Shown: in pieces, positions 49,432 to 62,411 of the stretch
Layout: each line of letters begins with the position of its first letter
How positions within the stretch are numbered: the first letter of the stretch is position 1
Source of the DNA: Azolla caroliniana
Lineage: Eukaryota > Plantae > Polypodiophyta
DNA: 64,000 nucleotides
Assembly: GCA_043228905.1 (NCBI GenBank)
Contig: JBHGNT010000008.1
Coordinates: forward strand, 6,200,001-6,264,000
Direction: 5' to 3'
The notes under the pieces: model-generated
Database searches by the model: none
What the model saw: only the letters and a program-made list of their open reading frames with translations
What the model was told of the DNA's origin: nothing
Made by a program: the position numbers and the translations under genes

Positions 49432-51999
49432 AGGGGGAGTTTGTCAGGAAACAGGTTCCTCCGTATGGGAAGTGAGAAGGCCTCGACCGAAACCGGATGT
49501 GGGAGACCCGACTACGGATGACCCGACTACGGAAGACCCAGTGAGAATCGGATGATGAGTACCCGACAACGGAAGACTTGGTGAGAACCGGATGACGAGT
49601 ACCCGGCAAGAGCCGGATGGTGAAGACCCGGTGAGAACCAGATGATGTGTGCCCGGCAAGCGCCGGATGATGCAGGCCCGGTGAGGAGTGCTCATCGGAT
49701 GAAGGGACATATTCGTAAATATGTTTCTGAGAGTCCATCTGGACTATATTTGTAAATAGCCGAAAAGTCATATTAGTATAAATATGACTTAGGGCAAACT
49801 TTAGGAAGCAGTTGTCATTCTTGTTGGCGCTAGATTAGGGAGCGCGTAACAATGTACAGAGAGAGAGAGAGAGAGAGAGAGGAAGAGGTCGTTGCCTTTG
49901 TTGTAACCGCCGCTTGTGGCGAAGATCGTGAGCGCGAGGTCGTTGCCTTCGTGAGTTCACTGTTGTAATCATTGTGATATAGTGATAGTTTGGAGTCTGT
50001 GGACTCCCGTGGTTTTTCCCTCTCAGGGTTTTCCACGTTAAACATCCTGTGTACTCTTCTCTCCTTTGTGTCGTGCGTTAATTATCCGTTTTCTGTGTAT
50101 GATTCTAAGCTCGGTTGTGGCCGAGTGTTGCGCATAGGGAGCGTGCAGTTCCTGTCACAAGGAACCGAGGAGATGGTTCACACGCAAAGAGAAGGGGAAG
50201 AAAGAGATGTCGGAATATGACATGGGTAGAGATGAGTCGTATTAGAGCGAATTTGACTCGGGAAAGAATGAAGATGGATCTTCAGAGACGAAGTTTGAGT
50301 CGGTAGAGTGCCTTGAAATCGGTTAACGAGAAGTTATGCCAATCGACCCACCAGAAGAACCTCGTAAAATGGTATGGGTATAATGAGTACATAGCGCATC
50401 ACTATGCATACATGATGAAAGAGGCGGAAGTGCGTGAGCCGGAGAGCTACGTAGAAGCGGCAAAGGACGCACATTGGCGTGCCGCTATGGAGGAAGAGAT
50501 GCGGGCAGTCGATGCCAGCAACACATGGGACTTGGTTGACCCTCCCCGACATTGCAAATTGATCGGCTGCAAGTAGGTATTCAAGGTGAAGTACAATGTC
50601 GATGGTTCGATCAACCGGTATAAGGCCCACGAAATCGACTACGACAAGACCTTCACTCCGGTAGCAAAGAAAATGATGGTCCGTGTGGTGCTTGCAGCTG
50701 TTGTGGCAAGTGGGTGACATCTTCACCAAATGGACGTGGAGAATGCGTTTCTTCAGGGAGATCTTGAAGATTAGGTCCTTGGGATTGAGGTGATGCACAC
50801 CCCCGATGGCATATTGTTGTCCCAGAGACATTATGTGTTGAATATGTTGTTCAAGTTCAGCATGACCGATTGCCGACAAGTCTCTACAACCCTCGACCGG
50901 AACTTGAAGCTACGTCCCGACTCCAGACCAACCTGCAATGAGAAATGGTTCTGATAAATTGTCGGAAGCCTTATATATTTGACAATTGTCCAACCCAACA
51001 TAAGCTATTCGGTCGGAGTGATCAATCAATTTATGCAGAAGCCAATTGTCGAGCACCTTCAGTGCGCGCATCGACTATAATTGTGATATGTGAGTGGCTC
51101 TAAGGATTTCGGACTGTTATACCGACACGGTATAACTGAAAAGCTAGTCGGATATATCGATCCCGACTGGGCCAGTGATGCATCGAATCGTTGGTGAAGA
51201 TTCGGTTTCATGTTTTCCCTAGGGAGCGCAACTATTGCGTGGACAATGGCTCTCTCGAGCATTGAGGCTAAGTATTCGGGTGCTACCGTCATCACCTGTG
51301 AAGCCATATGGCTTCGGCCAGTGTTGCAAGACCTCTGTATCGAAGTATCGACTCCGATCCCGATCTACTACGAGAACATGAGAAGTATGCACCTTGCAAA
51401 GAATCCCGTGTTTCATGCTCACACCAAGCACATTGAGGTGCATTACCACTTCGTGTGCGAGCGGGTCCTGAGCAGTGAAGTCGAACTCCGGTATGTTCGA
51501 ACGGATCGGCAGGTTGTCAACATCTTCACCAAGCCACTCGGATCACACAAGTTGCAACACTTCTCGCATATGCTTGGGCTCCAACATCTCGATGTGCCGT
51601 ACTTGAGGGGGAGAACCGAAAACGGAATAGAAACCAGGAAAATAGGTAATGGCACCGGACAAAGAGTTGGAGAGAAGGAAACAAACAAAATAGGGGTAGA
51701 CAAGAAGAAAAAGGAAGCCGAGTCAACTGAAGTAGTCGGCACATCCGAGCAAGTCGGAACAAGCGGCGCTGGCGGTAGAGTCAAGAAGGACAGAGCCGAC
51801 TGGAAGAAGAAGGCTAAGACTCGGAGGGCCTGAAGATTGAGGGCGAATTGGAGACAACCAATTCAAACAAGAGCTAGAACGAAGTAGAGGCACCCGATTC
51901 GAAAGAGGTGTTTGATTCGGAGGAACTGAATCAACTAAAGGCCAAATTGATGAGAATGCAGCAAAAGTCAACACCGACACGGAGGAGCCGACGGGACGA

Positions 52000-53450
52000 T
52001 GTAAAAGTTAATATGCGGAAGCTTCGATAAACTGGTTGAGCCGGATAACAATAGTTAAACATTCTGTACATATGATGTTTTATAGAACACTTTTTATACA
52101 AGTCCTTAAAAGGACCGACAATAGTACATACAAGCACTTCAATGCTTATACGAGCGACTGACACTAACTCCAAGGAATATGCGTACATACTAGGCTAAGA
52201 TTGTAGGCCTCTAACGGCCTACCGGTTACCATCTGATCCGTCTCTCCGATTCAGCTCTGGCTTATTTAGCCGATCCGGATCCGGATCCGGTTGAGTTTGT
52301 CTGCTCAACACTCCCCCTCAAGCTTAACTTGAGGTCGGATCGTGGTGACAATGTCTGTTGGTCGTTCCCTCCAGATCCTCCTGGCGTCTTCCCACCTTGT
52401 TCGCGCTCATTGACCCATCTGGTCTCACTTTCCACGACCCATCTGGTTCTGCGCCTCTCAACCTTCTCGGTCGGCTTGTCTGCTCATAAGGCCAATCTCA
52501 GCTTTATCACTGTTGTGACTTCGGCGCTTTTTGACCTATCGGTTTCTTTGTGTCGATGTCGACTTCAGCTGCCTTCTCATCCATTTGGCCTTTAGTTGAT
52601 TCAGCTTCTCCGAATCGAACTCCTCTTCCGAATCGAGTGCCCCCGATTCGTTCAAGTCTAGTCCGAATTGGCTGTCTCCAATTCTTCTTCAACCTCCAGG
52701 CACTTCACCACGTCGAACCATGTCCGGGTCTTGGCCTTCTTGTTCTGGTCGGCTCTTTCCTTCTTGACTTTGCCGCCGTCACCGCTTGTTCTGACTTGTT
52801 TGAATGTGCCGACTTCTTCCGTCGACTCGGCTCCATTTTCCTTCTTGTCTGCCCCTACTTCGTTTGATTCCTTCTCTCCGGCTGCTTGTCCGGTGCCATT
52901 TCCTACTTTCCCGGTTTTGGCTTCGGTTCTTCCCGTATTAGTACCGGTTCTCCCCCTGAAGTGCGGCATGTCGAGATGCTGAAGGCCAATCATCTCCGAA
53001 AAGTGCTGCAACTTGTCGGTTCCAAGGGCCTTGGTGAAGATGTCGGTGACTTGCCGATCTTTTCGAACATACTGGAGTTCGACTTCATCGCTCAAGAACC
53101 GCTCGCACACAAAGTGGTAGTGCATTTCTATGTGCTTTGTCCGAGCATGGAACATGTGGTTCTTGGCTAGTTGCATGCTGCTCATGTTGTCGCAGTAGAT
53201 CGGGATCAGAGTCGGTACTTCGATCCGGAGGTCTCGCAACAGCCACCGAAGCTAGATGACTTCATAGGTGGCAATGATAGCGCCCCGATATTCAGCCTTA
53301 GTGCTCGATAGAGCCATTGTCGGCTGCTTTTTGCTTGTCCACGCAACAGCTGCGCTACCAAGATAAAATGAAAACTAGGAGTGGACCGATGATCCGATGC
53401 ATCACTGGCCCAGTCGGCATCCATATATCCGACTAGCTTTTCAGTTATAT
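52000..53450 (-). mobile_element. Copia-6 (family 2): 3' LTR, Pol tail and RNase H; interrupted at 53450
   Basis: LTR 52000-52310; PPT 52311-52322; KHIEMHYHFV and LVGYMDADWASD. Confidence 0.9.
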
Positions 53451-53794
53451 TGTTGTCGTGAAGTTGACGCTTCACGATGACAAAACAATGTCAAAAATAT
53501 ATAGAAAAACATTTCTCATTTGGAGCTTATGACGAGGAGCATGTAGGAATTTTCAGTTCGTGAATATGAGTTGTGAGTTTGAGTTTTGCCAAGTACCTTT
53601 TGGCAAATAAATATTGTAAGTGGTGTTTTACAAATAAAATACTTTTCGTGACAACGTTGCATTCTTTTGGGTCTCATAAGGGCAAGAGTCGAGGAAAATG
53701 AGAAACCGTTGCAAAAAACGAAGGCTGGCTTGGATGTCGGGGTCAGGGACGTCAAGGTATGTACGGAGGAAACGCCTCATGACACGAATCATTC

Positions 53795-55459
53795 TAGCTT
53801 CCGTCGGAGATATCCGAGGGGGTCGTGGAAACACGAGCCAGTTGAACTAGAGGGTGGGTAGTCATGCTTTGGCTGCCTGAAATTCATGCCACAACCAACG
53901 TCATGGTAGTGGAAAAAAGGAGGGGTTTGTGCGCATCTATGGGGGGTTGCAGGGCAAACCATTCTTGGAAGGTCGGGCACTCGAACCATGGGAGCTGCCA
54001 TGAAGGTTGAATACCGGGTGGTTCGATGAGTGGGTCGACCACCTGGTGGTGCCATCCTCGAGTTGAGGTGGGGTTAGCGGTCGCCCAAGTAGACATCTTA
54101 TCTCGGTAAACATGTGGGTAAAGGAAGATGTCGACTTGGGGTTCGGAGGCGACTTTCGGGTAGTAGTTGTAGAGGTAGGTGAGTAGCAGGGGGGCCTCGC
54201 AGAAATCAAACTCCTAGGGGATGGGGGCTGCAGATTGGCTATCGAGGCGGGTGTCCCAACCTTCCCTGTGTTCGATGTAGTCGAGAGTGTCTTGGAGGCC
54301 GTGGGTGAGTTGGTAATGATCTACCAAGTCAGTGTAGAATGCCGCAACATAGAATTGGGAGCTCGTGTGGTGAAGTAGAGGGGGGGTAGTGAAGACAGGA
54401 GGTGGGAGTTGCTGGTGGAGCATGAGGTGCGCGAGGGGGTGGTTGAAAGGGAGGGCTTTGCGGTGTATGGCATCCGTGAATGCCCGACCTGGGTGTGTGA
54501 CGACCTGTGTGTGTAGCGGGAAAGGATCGGTTGGTGGGGAGGTGTACGAAAGGGGTTGCGGTCGAGCATGGGGTGCGTATGATCATGTATGTGGTGTTTG
54601 CTTAGGTGTGGAAGAGTGGGGGGGGAGTGTTGAGGAGGGGGGGGGGGGGGGGGGAGGAAGGTATTGGAGGTGGGGGTGGTGATGAGGTATGGTTAGGGGC
54701 TGGGGTGGGTGATGGTCAGTATCATCGGGTGAGTCAAGGTTCCACTCTAGGTTGATAGCGGATGGGGGGCGGCCAGTGTTCGGAGGTAATAGTGTGCGGG
54801 CACGAATCTCGTCGAAGGCAGAGGTCTAACTCTTGTATGTCGTCAGCCTCGAGATCGGTGGGCTAGTTGAATGTTGCACATTCTATACTAAATATGTGGG
54901 TACGAACCCTGATGTCCCAAGAGTTTTGCCAAGCGTGGATTAACCAAAGGAACCCCAAAGGGGGAACATAGGCAGTAGTGCTCTCCAACATGGTGCGGGT
55001 GAGGGTGTTGGTGATTCGGTGTAAGAGCACAAGCGTGGTGAAGAGTTGGGCCAATTGGTCTTTGTTGACTTGCATTGTGATATTAGAAGGGTAAGTGAAA
55101 CACACAAGGTCGAGGATGTCTAAGTCCAGGGTGATGGCGGTATGGAGGTAGGCCATGCCTGCGAGAAACAAGACAAGAAGGTGTTGGGAGAAAAGGTTGC
55201 CTGCTGGTGGTGGGGGCTCATTGGTAACCTCTGGGTACAACATAAAGAGTGCCAGGGTGTGGTTGTCTTCCGGAAGGACTCGAACGAACGTCGCCCCATC
55301 GGGGGCCGTGGTCTCGTCGAAGAACACACGACGTGTAGCGGCTAACGACCGAAGTACGCACGTGGCCTGGGCGAGAAGGTTGCACGGTGTACGTGGTGCA
55401 GTGAAGAGTATGGAGAGTTGGGATGTTGAGGTCACATACACTAAGAGCGCTTGAATCAT
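53795..55459 (-). pseudogene. Element E ORF2: hydrophobic N-terminal half, poly-Pro/His linker, aromatic-rich C-terminal half (decayed)
   Basis: Track ORFs 54863-55459, 54214-54423 and 53884-54096 (the last two share a frame). Confidence 0.5.
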
Positions 55460-56741
55460 ATTTGGAGTAGATGGGGAGATCTGAACGGTGGAGGCGCCGA
55501 TCGTGCAGAGAGGTCAATAGTCATAGCAGTGAGTTACGTTTCTACCCGTTGGTGTTGTGTGGTGAGGCGTATGTACTCGGTAGAGAGTTCGGCATGTGTT
55601 TGCACTACTTGTTCTTGGTCGTGGCGCCATGTTGTCTAGGCTTGGTGGAACTCATTGGTGAGTTTGTGGCGTCAGGTTTCTTCAGCGAGCAGTTCCTTCT
55701 TGAGGAGTTTGTAGGCGGCGGCTTGGCATGCGTTGGTATGGTGGGCATTCCTTACTTCGGCGGTCAAGACCTCGTTCATTGTGTAGGCCTCCTACTGTTC
55801 ATTAGCGGTCTGTTGGGCCTGTGCGTGGACTTGGAGTAGGCATCGATTCACGACGGAAGTCAACTTGAGGATGTCTGTCACCATGTCAGCTAAGGGTTTG
55901 GGGGTGGTGGCAGGTGTTGGGGTAGCGTGGGCGGTTGTGGTAGTGGTTGGGTTAGGGCTAGGAACATGGGCTGGTGGGGTTTCCGGTGGGGTGGTTTTCA
56001 GGGTGGTATCAGGGGTTGGTTGGGAGGGAACAACTGGGCTTGGAGACGGTGGTGGGTTAGGGTTCTCAAGAGGGGGAAGGGGGGTTTCAACCTCTAGGGC
56101 GTCGATGGGTGGTGGGTTGTGGCGGGCTAGTTTACGGGGTCGAGGTTGTGGGGTGTCGTTGGTAAGCATGGGGGGTGTTGGATGGGTGGTCGTGCAAGGT
56201 GAGGCTGCTAGGGTTTCATCGAGGAGAGAGGTTGTCAAGGGTGGAAGGGGTAGGTCCACCGGGTTCTAAAGGTCGTGAAGGATCGATTTAGTGGTGCAAC
56301 TGCGAGTACGAGGGGTCGTGGCCGTGGTATGATGGGACAATTCCTGGATTTCCGTGGGGGTGAATTCACATATGTGGAAATCTTTTGTGCATTGCGTGAT
56401 ATCCTCGGGTGTATCGAGGGTATCCTCGGCCGCCACATGGGTGATTTGTGGTTGTTTGTGTGCTGGTGGGCGTTCACGTTCGCCTTGGTGGACTTGCCTC
56501 GGGTGTACCAATTGACCAACTCGGGGAGTACACCCCATGGGACAATCCCTAGGAAGAATTGGAGGCTAAGCCGTGAAAGGGTGTCAAAAACATCAAGCTC
56601 GAGGTACTTGAGTTGCGTGGCGGCCGTGGGCACCCGGTAGGTACAACGGGTGTTGTTGAACTCGACTTGAATGACTAAGGAGCCATAATCAGCGTTAGGG
56701 TAGTATGTGTGGAGGAGTTTAGTGAATGGGGTGGACGCCAT
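55456..56741 (-). pseudogene. Element E ORF1: globular N-terminus, P/T-rich linker, coiled-coil-like C-terminus (decayed)
   Basis: Track ORFs 56235-56741, 56266-56538 and 55792-56259 join with one frameshift and a few stops; the frame ends at TGA 55458-55456. Confidence 0.55.
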
Positions 56742-56801
56742 CGATTATAACTATGTACCAACTCTTACACTCCCTTGCTCTCGGTTACACAATAATACTA
56801 C

Positions 56802-59800
56802 TGTAAAAACGAATAGCGTGTGTGGAAGTAATAGAAAACCAAACACAGAAACACAGGTTTAATGGAGATCTTGATAGTACGGGGGAGAGACAGAGAAAGA
56901 GCAGAACAAGTTAAATCTATTACCAAACAATAATAGTTCTCTATACATAGAATGTTCTCAACAACACTATTTATACAAGTCCTAAGAGGATTGACAGAAG
57001 TATGGTGTACTTTAATGCTCATACGAGCGTCTGACACTAACTATGAGACATTAACTACCTAGTAGTCTAGGCTGCTACTAGGCTTCCGATTACTGTTGGA
57101 TCCGGCTAACTGGCTCCCCAGCTCACCGGTTCACTTGCTCACCGGCTCACCGATCCGGCTCATCCTTCCGGATGCCGATCCGGCTCAGGCTTATTCAGCC
57201 GATTCGGATCTGGTTGAGCTTGCTGCTCAACACTCCCCCTCAAGCTCAACTTGAGGTCAGATCGTAGTGTCAGTCTCTATGGCAACCGGTCCTTCCACCC
57301 GGCTCCTTCTAGCGTCACTCCACCTCGCTTGCGATCCTCGTCCGGTCCAGTCCTGTTTTCCGTGACCCTTCTGTTTCTACGCACCTCGACCTCCTCGGTG
57401 GTCTTGTCTGCTCAACAGGCCCAACTCAGCTCCCTCGCTGCTGTGACTTCGGCGCTTGTCGATTCGCCGATTCCTACGTGTTGGCGTCAACTTTTGCTAC
57501 CTTTTCGTTGTCTTGGCCTTGAATTGATCCAGTTCTTCCGAATCCGTCTGTTGAACCGAATCGGTTGTCTCCGATTCGTTCCAGCTCTTGTCCGAATCGG
57601 TCGCTCCCGATTCGTCTTCCGGTTCTAGGCCCTTCACCACATCATACCATGTCCGGGTCTTGGCCTTCTTCTTTCGGCCAGCTCTGCCCTTCTTGGCTCT
57701 CCTGCCGTTGCCGCTTGTTCCGACTTGTTCGGATGTGTCAACTTCCTTTGTCGACTCGGCTCCTTTCTTCTTCTTTTCTCTCCCTTTGTCTGTTCTTCCC
57801 TCACTGGCACAATCGGCAATTTCTTTGCCTTTGCTCGTTCCGGTGTCTTTGCCCGTTCTCCTCCTCAAGTGTGGCACGTTGAGATGCTGAACACCAAGCA
57901 TTTTGGTGAAGTGCTGCAACTTGTCCGATCCGAGTGGTTTGGTGAAGATGTCGGCAACTTGCTGATCCGTATGAACATACCAAAGTTCGACGTCACCGCT
58001 CAGGACACGCTCACGCATGAAGTGGTAGTGCACTTCTATGTGCTTTGTGCGAGCATGGAATATGGGGTTCTTGGTGAGCTGCATGTTGCTTATGTTGTCG
58101 CAGTAGATTAGGATCGGGGTCAGCAGCTCGATCCGTAGGTCTTGCAACAGTCGCCGAAGCCAGATGGCTTGACAGGTGGCATTTGTGGTGCCCCGGTATT
58201 CAAGCTCAGTGCTTGACAAAGCCACTGTTGGTTGCTTTTTGCTGCTCCACACAACAACCGCGCTACCAAGGGAAAAAATATAGCCGGAGGTGGATCGGCG
58301 ATCCGATGCATCGCTGGCCCAGTCGGCATTGGTGTAGCTGACTAGCTCTTCGGTTATACCATGCCGGTATAACAGTCCCCGATCCTTCGTGCCGCTCACA
58401 TATCACAAAATTCGATGCGCGCACAAAAGGTGCTCCACGGTTGGTTTCTGCATATATTCACTGATCACTCCGACCGGATAACTAATGTCAGGTCGAGTGA
58501 TTGTCAAATATATAAGGCTTTCGACGATCTGTCCGAATCGCTTCTCATCACAGGTCGGTCCGGAGTCGGGACGGAGCTTCTGGTTCCGGTCCAAGGGTGT
58601 GGAGATCAGCCGACATTCCGTCATGCCGAACTTGTACAACATATTCAACACATAGTTTCTTTGTGAGAGCAATATGGCGTCAGGGGTTTGGATCACCTCG
58701 ATCCCAAGGAAATAGTGAAGATCCCCTAGGTCCTTCATCTCAAATGTGTCTGATAGTTGGGACTTGACTCAACTGATTTCCTTGAGTTCGGGTCCGGTGA
58801 TGACTAGATCATCAACATACAACAAGATGCAAACCGGACCATTCGGACTTTGGCGGATGAACAACGAAGAGTCAGACTTGGAGGCCACAAACCCCATCTT
58901 ACGCAACCGGTGCGTGATCTTCGCATTCCAAGCTCGGGGGGCTTGCTTCAGGCCATAAAGTGACTTCTTCAGCCGGCTTACCGCCGACTTGTTCATCTCT
59001 GTCTGGAAACCGGGAGGTTCATTCATAAAGACCTCTTCTTTAAGATCGCCTTGAAGAAATGCATTCTTCATGTCCATCTAGTGAAGATGCCACCCCCTTG
59101 CCGCAACAACCGCCAGCACCACACGAACCGTCGTCATTTTAGCTCCCGGAGCGAAGGTCTCGTCGTAGTCGATTCCGTGGGTCTGCGAGTATCCCTTCGC
59201 CACTAACCGGGCCTTGTATTGGTTAACTGAACCGTCAACATTGTACTTTACCTTGTACACCCACTTACATCCGATCGGTTTACAATGTCGGGGAGGGTGA
59301 ATTAGGTCCCATGTGCCATTGGCATCAAGTGCCCACATATCTTCCTCCATAGCGGCACACCAATTTGCGGCTTCTGCCGCTTCTACGTAGCTCTCTGGGT
59401 CACGCACTTCCGCCACCTTAGTCATGTACGCATAGTGATGTGCCATGTACTCATTGTACCCGTACTGCTTCATGGGGTTCTTTTGGCGGGAAGACCGGCG
59501 TAACTTATCGTTTCTCAGTTTGAGACCCTTCTTGTTTGGTTCGGTCTTCGTTGCCGAAGATCCGCCTTCTTCTTCTTCAGAGTCGGGTTCGCTCCGATCC
59601 GACTCACCATTGCCGGTCTCATGCTCCGGCATCTTCCTCTTCCATTTTCCTTGCGCGTGAACCGTCTCCTTGGTTCCTTGCTTGGGGAGAGCACGACAAA
59701 GTCTCCATTACTCGCCGGTTCCTCATCCGATTGGTCATCCCGACTCAACCGTTCATTCGGTCCACTTAACCGAAATGAGATCGGACTCTCTTCTAGAGTG

Positions 59801-60824
59801 CCAAGGTCTTCATCTTCTATTTGGACCGGTTCAGGCTCACTAGCGTCATCCTCCGGTATCGGGTCGGAAGTCGGAGCCGGTAAGGCATACCATGATGCCG
59901 TCTCATCAAACTCAACATCTTGGCTAACTTGGACCTGCTTCATTCGGGGGTTGTAACACTTATACCCCTTTTGCTCATGCGAGTGATCGACAAGGATGCA
60001 TTTCTCTAACTTTGCATCCAACTTCCTCCGCTTCTCATCTGGCACATGCACATATGCAATGCTACTGAATATCCAAAGGTGTCTCAAATTCGGCTTGCGT
60101 TCGAAATACAGCTCATGCGCGGACAGCTTGTCACTGATCCGATTTTAGATATAGATGGCCGTCCGGACTGCCTCTGCCTAGTAGAAATGGGGCATGCTCT
60201 TCTCCTCCAGCATTGCCCTTGCCGCGTCGACAATCGACCAGTTCTTCCTTTCGGCCACATCGTTTTGCTCCAGTGTGTATCTGCAGTTTAACTCTCTCCA
60301 AATTCTTTTTTGGTGCAGATAACTGTTGAATTGGCCGGAAAATTATTCTTTTCCGCCATCCGACCGCAACCACTTGATCTTCCTCTCTGTTTCCCGTTCG
60401 ACCAGGCTTTGCAGGTTCTGGAAACACTCGAAGACTTCACTCTTCCGCTCAATGAGGTAGATCGATGTGTGCCGGCTGTAGTCGTTGATGAAGGAGACGA
60501 GATACCGACTCCCACCAAGACTAACGTTATGTGCCGATCCCCATACATCCGAATTAATAAGGTCGAGTTTATTACGGCTACAGTTTCGTTCGATGGGGAA
60601 TGGAAGCTGGTGTTGCTCCCCAAGTTGGTAGGCTTCACATATTTGGGCCTTCCGGCCACTCAACTTCGGCAAACCGAAAACAACTTGTTTCTTCTGCAAG
60701 ACTTGAAGCCTCCGGTAATTGACGTGGCCGATCCGCTTGTGGCAGATATCAATATCCAATTCAATCTTCTGTCCTTTGGCGAACAAAGCGGTGCCGACGT
60801 CATTGGTGTTGAGGATGACCATCC
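56802..60824 (-). mobile_element. Copia-7 (family 2): 3' LTR through integrase; interrupted at 60824
   Basis: LTR 56802-57232; PPT 57233-57244; RH, RT (LLYVDDL) and INT (LRSDGGKE). Confidence 0.92.
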
Positions 60825-61495
60825 TGACGAGAATTATGCGGAATAATCTCCGGCCACAACCGAAGCGTAGATCACTTGATGACAATCAGACATAGAGGAA
60901 ATGGGAATGGAGGTATGTACACAAAACAGAAAGAGAATACACCGGATATTAACGTGGAAAACCCTGAGAGGGAAAAACCACGGGAGTCCACAGACTCCAA
61001 ACTATCACTATGTCGAGTGATACAACAGGGAGCACAGAGGCAACAAGCTCTTGCTCACAATCTTAGCCTAGCAGCAGTTACAACAGAGACATGATCTCTG
61101 TATATATATATATCTCTCTCTCTCTCTCTCTCTTACACACTGTACAGGAGTTACACCAATAACTCTACAATATACATTGAGTTTGCCCTAGCTCATATTT
61201 ATACTAATATGACTTTCAGGCTATTTACAAATATAGCCCCAATGGGCTCTCTGGAACATATTTATAGATATGTCCCTTCATCTAGTGAGAGGTTCTCACC
61301 GGGCCTGCAACATCCGGTTCTCACCGGGTCTGCATCATCCGGTTCTGGGTACTCCACATCCGGTTCTCATCGGGTCTTCCGTTGCCGGGTACTCCAGATC
61401 CGGTTCTCATTGGGTCTTCCGATGTCGGGCCTTCGTATCCCATCTAGAGGGACCGAGATCCTAACAAACTCCCCCTTCACTCCGGCATGGGATGC
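60825..61495 (-). mobile_element. Copia-8 (family 1): 3' LTR plus PPT; interrupted at 61495
   Basis: LTR 60825-61466 homologous to the Copia-5 LTR; PPT at 61467-61480 followed by the Pol end HPMPE*. Confidence 0.88.
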
Positions 61496-62411
61496 TGTTG
61501 TCCGCCGGAATAGTAACCGACGGCCAAAAACGTAGGAATAAGAAACTATATAAAGCGTAACGTAATCATAGTAGTACGTAAGCGCAACCCGTGATAAGGA
61601 GTCGGTTGTAGCCGTCTCCCCTTACACACGGAGGAATCACAGAGGTTCTCTCCTTACGTAGTACGATTAAGCTCTGTTCGTTGTTCCACACCCACTTGGG
61701 GTCTAGGTTGAAGGACTGACCACGGACTGTGTTTCCTAAGGGGCAACACTTTTGGCACGCTTGGTGATCTGTGTTTTCCTCACAGACGAGCAACAACGAA
61801 TGGATGTTTCGCCGCAGACGACTCAGAGAACCAACAAGACAAGACCGGCCAATAACAAGGTCCGTCACATGCCAGGCAGAAGAACGCGGTCGGCAAAAGC
61901 CGCGCATCAGCGACCCAAGTAATACCTGCTGGGAGTGCAAAGAGGATTCCTTGTTCCCCAAATACCTCGACGAGGCGAGGGGACCACGCTTACTGCAGCC
62001 TCCCGGAGACCTTCTCCGATCCGCCGTAGCTCCCATGATGGCCTTTGCCTACCCCCGCTTTAACGGCGAAACCGACGCCGCAACTCATGTTCGCATGTTC
62101 TTAAACGTTTGGAATGCGAACCACATGGCGCAGAACCTTTCCGAGACGGTGGCACACCAGTCGAAAATGACGGAGTTCGGATTAACATTAGATGGGCGTG
62201 TGGTGTTCTGGCATTCACAGATGGATTTACCGGCCATAACAACCTTCGATCAACTCCAGTCTGCGTTCTTGCGTTTTTTCCACCGGAGGGTTCCACAACG
62301 CGAGATTCTCGGGTAGTTTTATACAATTAAGCAACTACCGACCGAGACAATAACAAACTTTAGCTTACGGTTCCAAAATTTACGACGGAACATGGATCGA
62401 AGACCTGCGGA
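61496..62411 (+). mobile_element. Gypsy-D: relative of Gypsy-C; 5' LTR plus start of gag; interrupted at 62411
   Basis: LTR 61496-61748 (tgttgtcc..gggcaaca); PBS TGGCACGCTTGGTG; gag YPRFNGETDAATHV..WNANH..EFGLTLDG aligns by eye to Gypsy-C gag. Confidence 0.85.

Larger units (their letters stand above)
35075..50157 (+). mobile_element. Copia-5 (family 1), full length; 5' LTR split by Gypsy-C
   Basis: 5' LTR 35075-35157 plus 44692-45367; 3' LTR 49442-50157; TSD CAAGG at 35070-35074 and 50158-50162; PBS TGGTATCAGAGC at 45371-45382; PPT TGAAGGGGGAGTT. Confidence 0.95.
33050..51999 (+). mobile_element. Copia-4 (family 2), multiply deleted; hosts Copia-5 and is interrupted again at 51999 by Copia-6; 3' LTR not in window
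   Basis: 5' LTR 33050-33493; PBS TGGTATTAGAG at 33494; gag deleted near 33610; PR/INT 33800-35074; RT/RH and Pol tail 50163-51999. Confidence 0.9.
53451..56801 (-). mobile_element. Element E: unclassified insertion (probable 3' part of an LTR element) with a ~205-bp LTR-like end and two unknown ORFs
   Basis: Abruptly interrupts the Copia-6 RNase H. Segment 53451-53656 is bounded by tgttgtcgtgaa..ttcgtgacaacg. Strong strand skew. ORFs ~56741-55456 and 55459-~53795. Confidence 0.6.
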
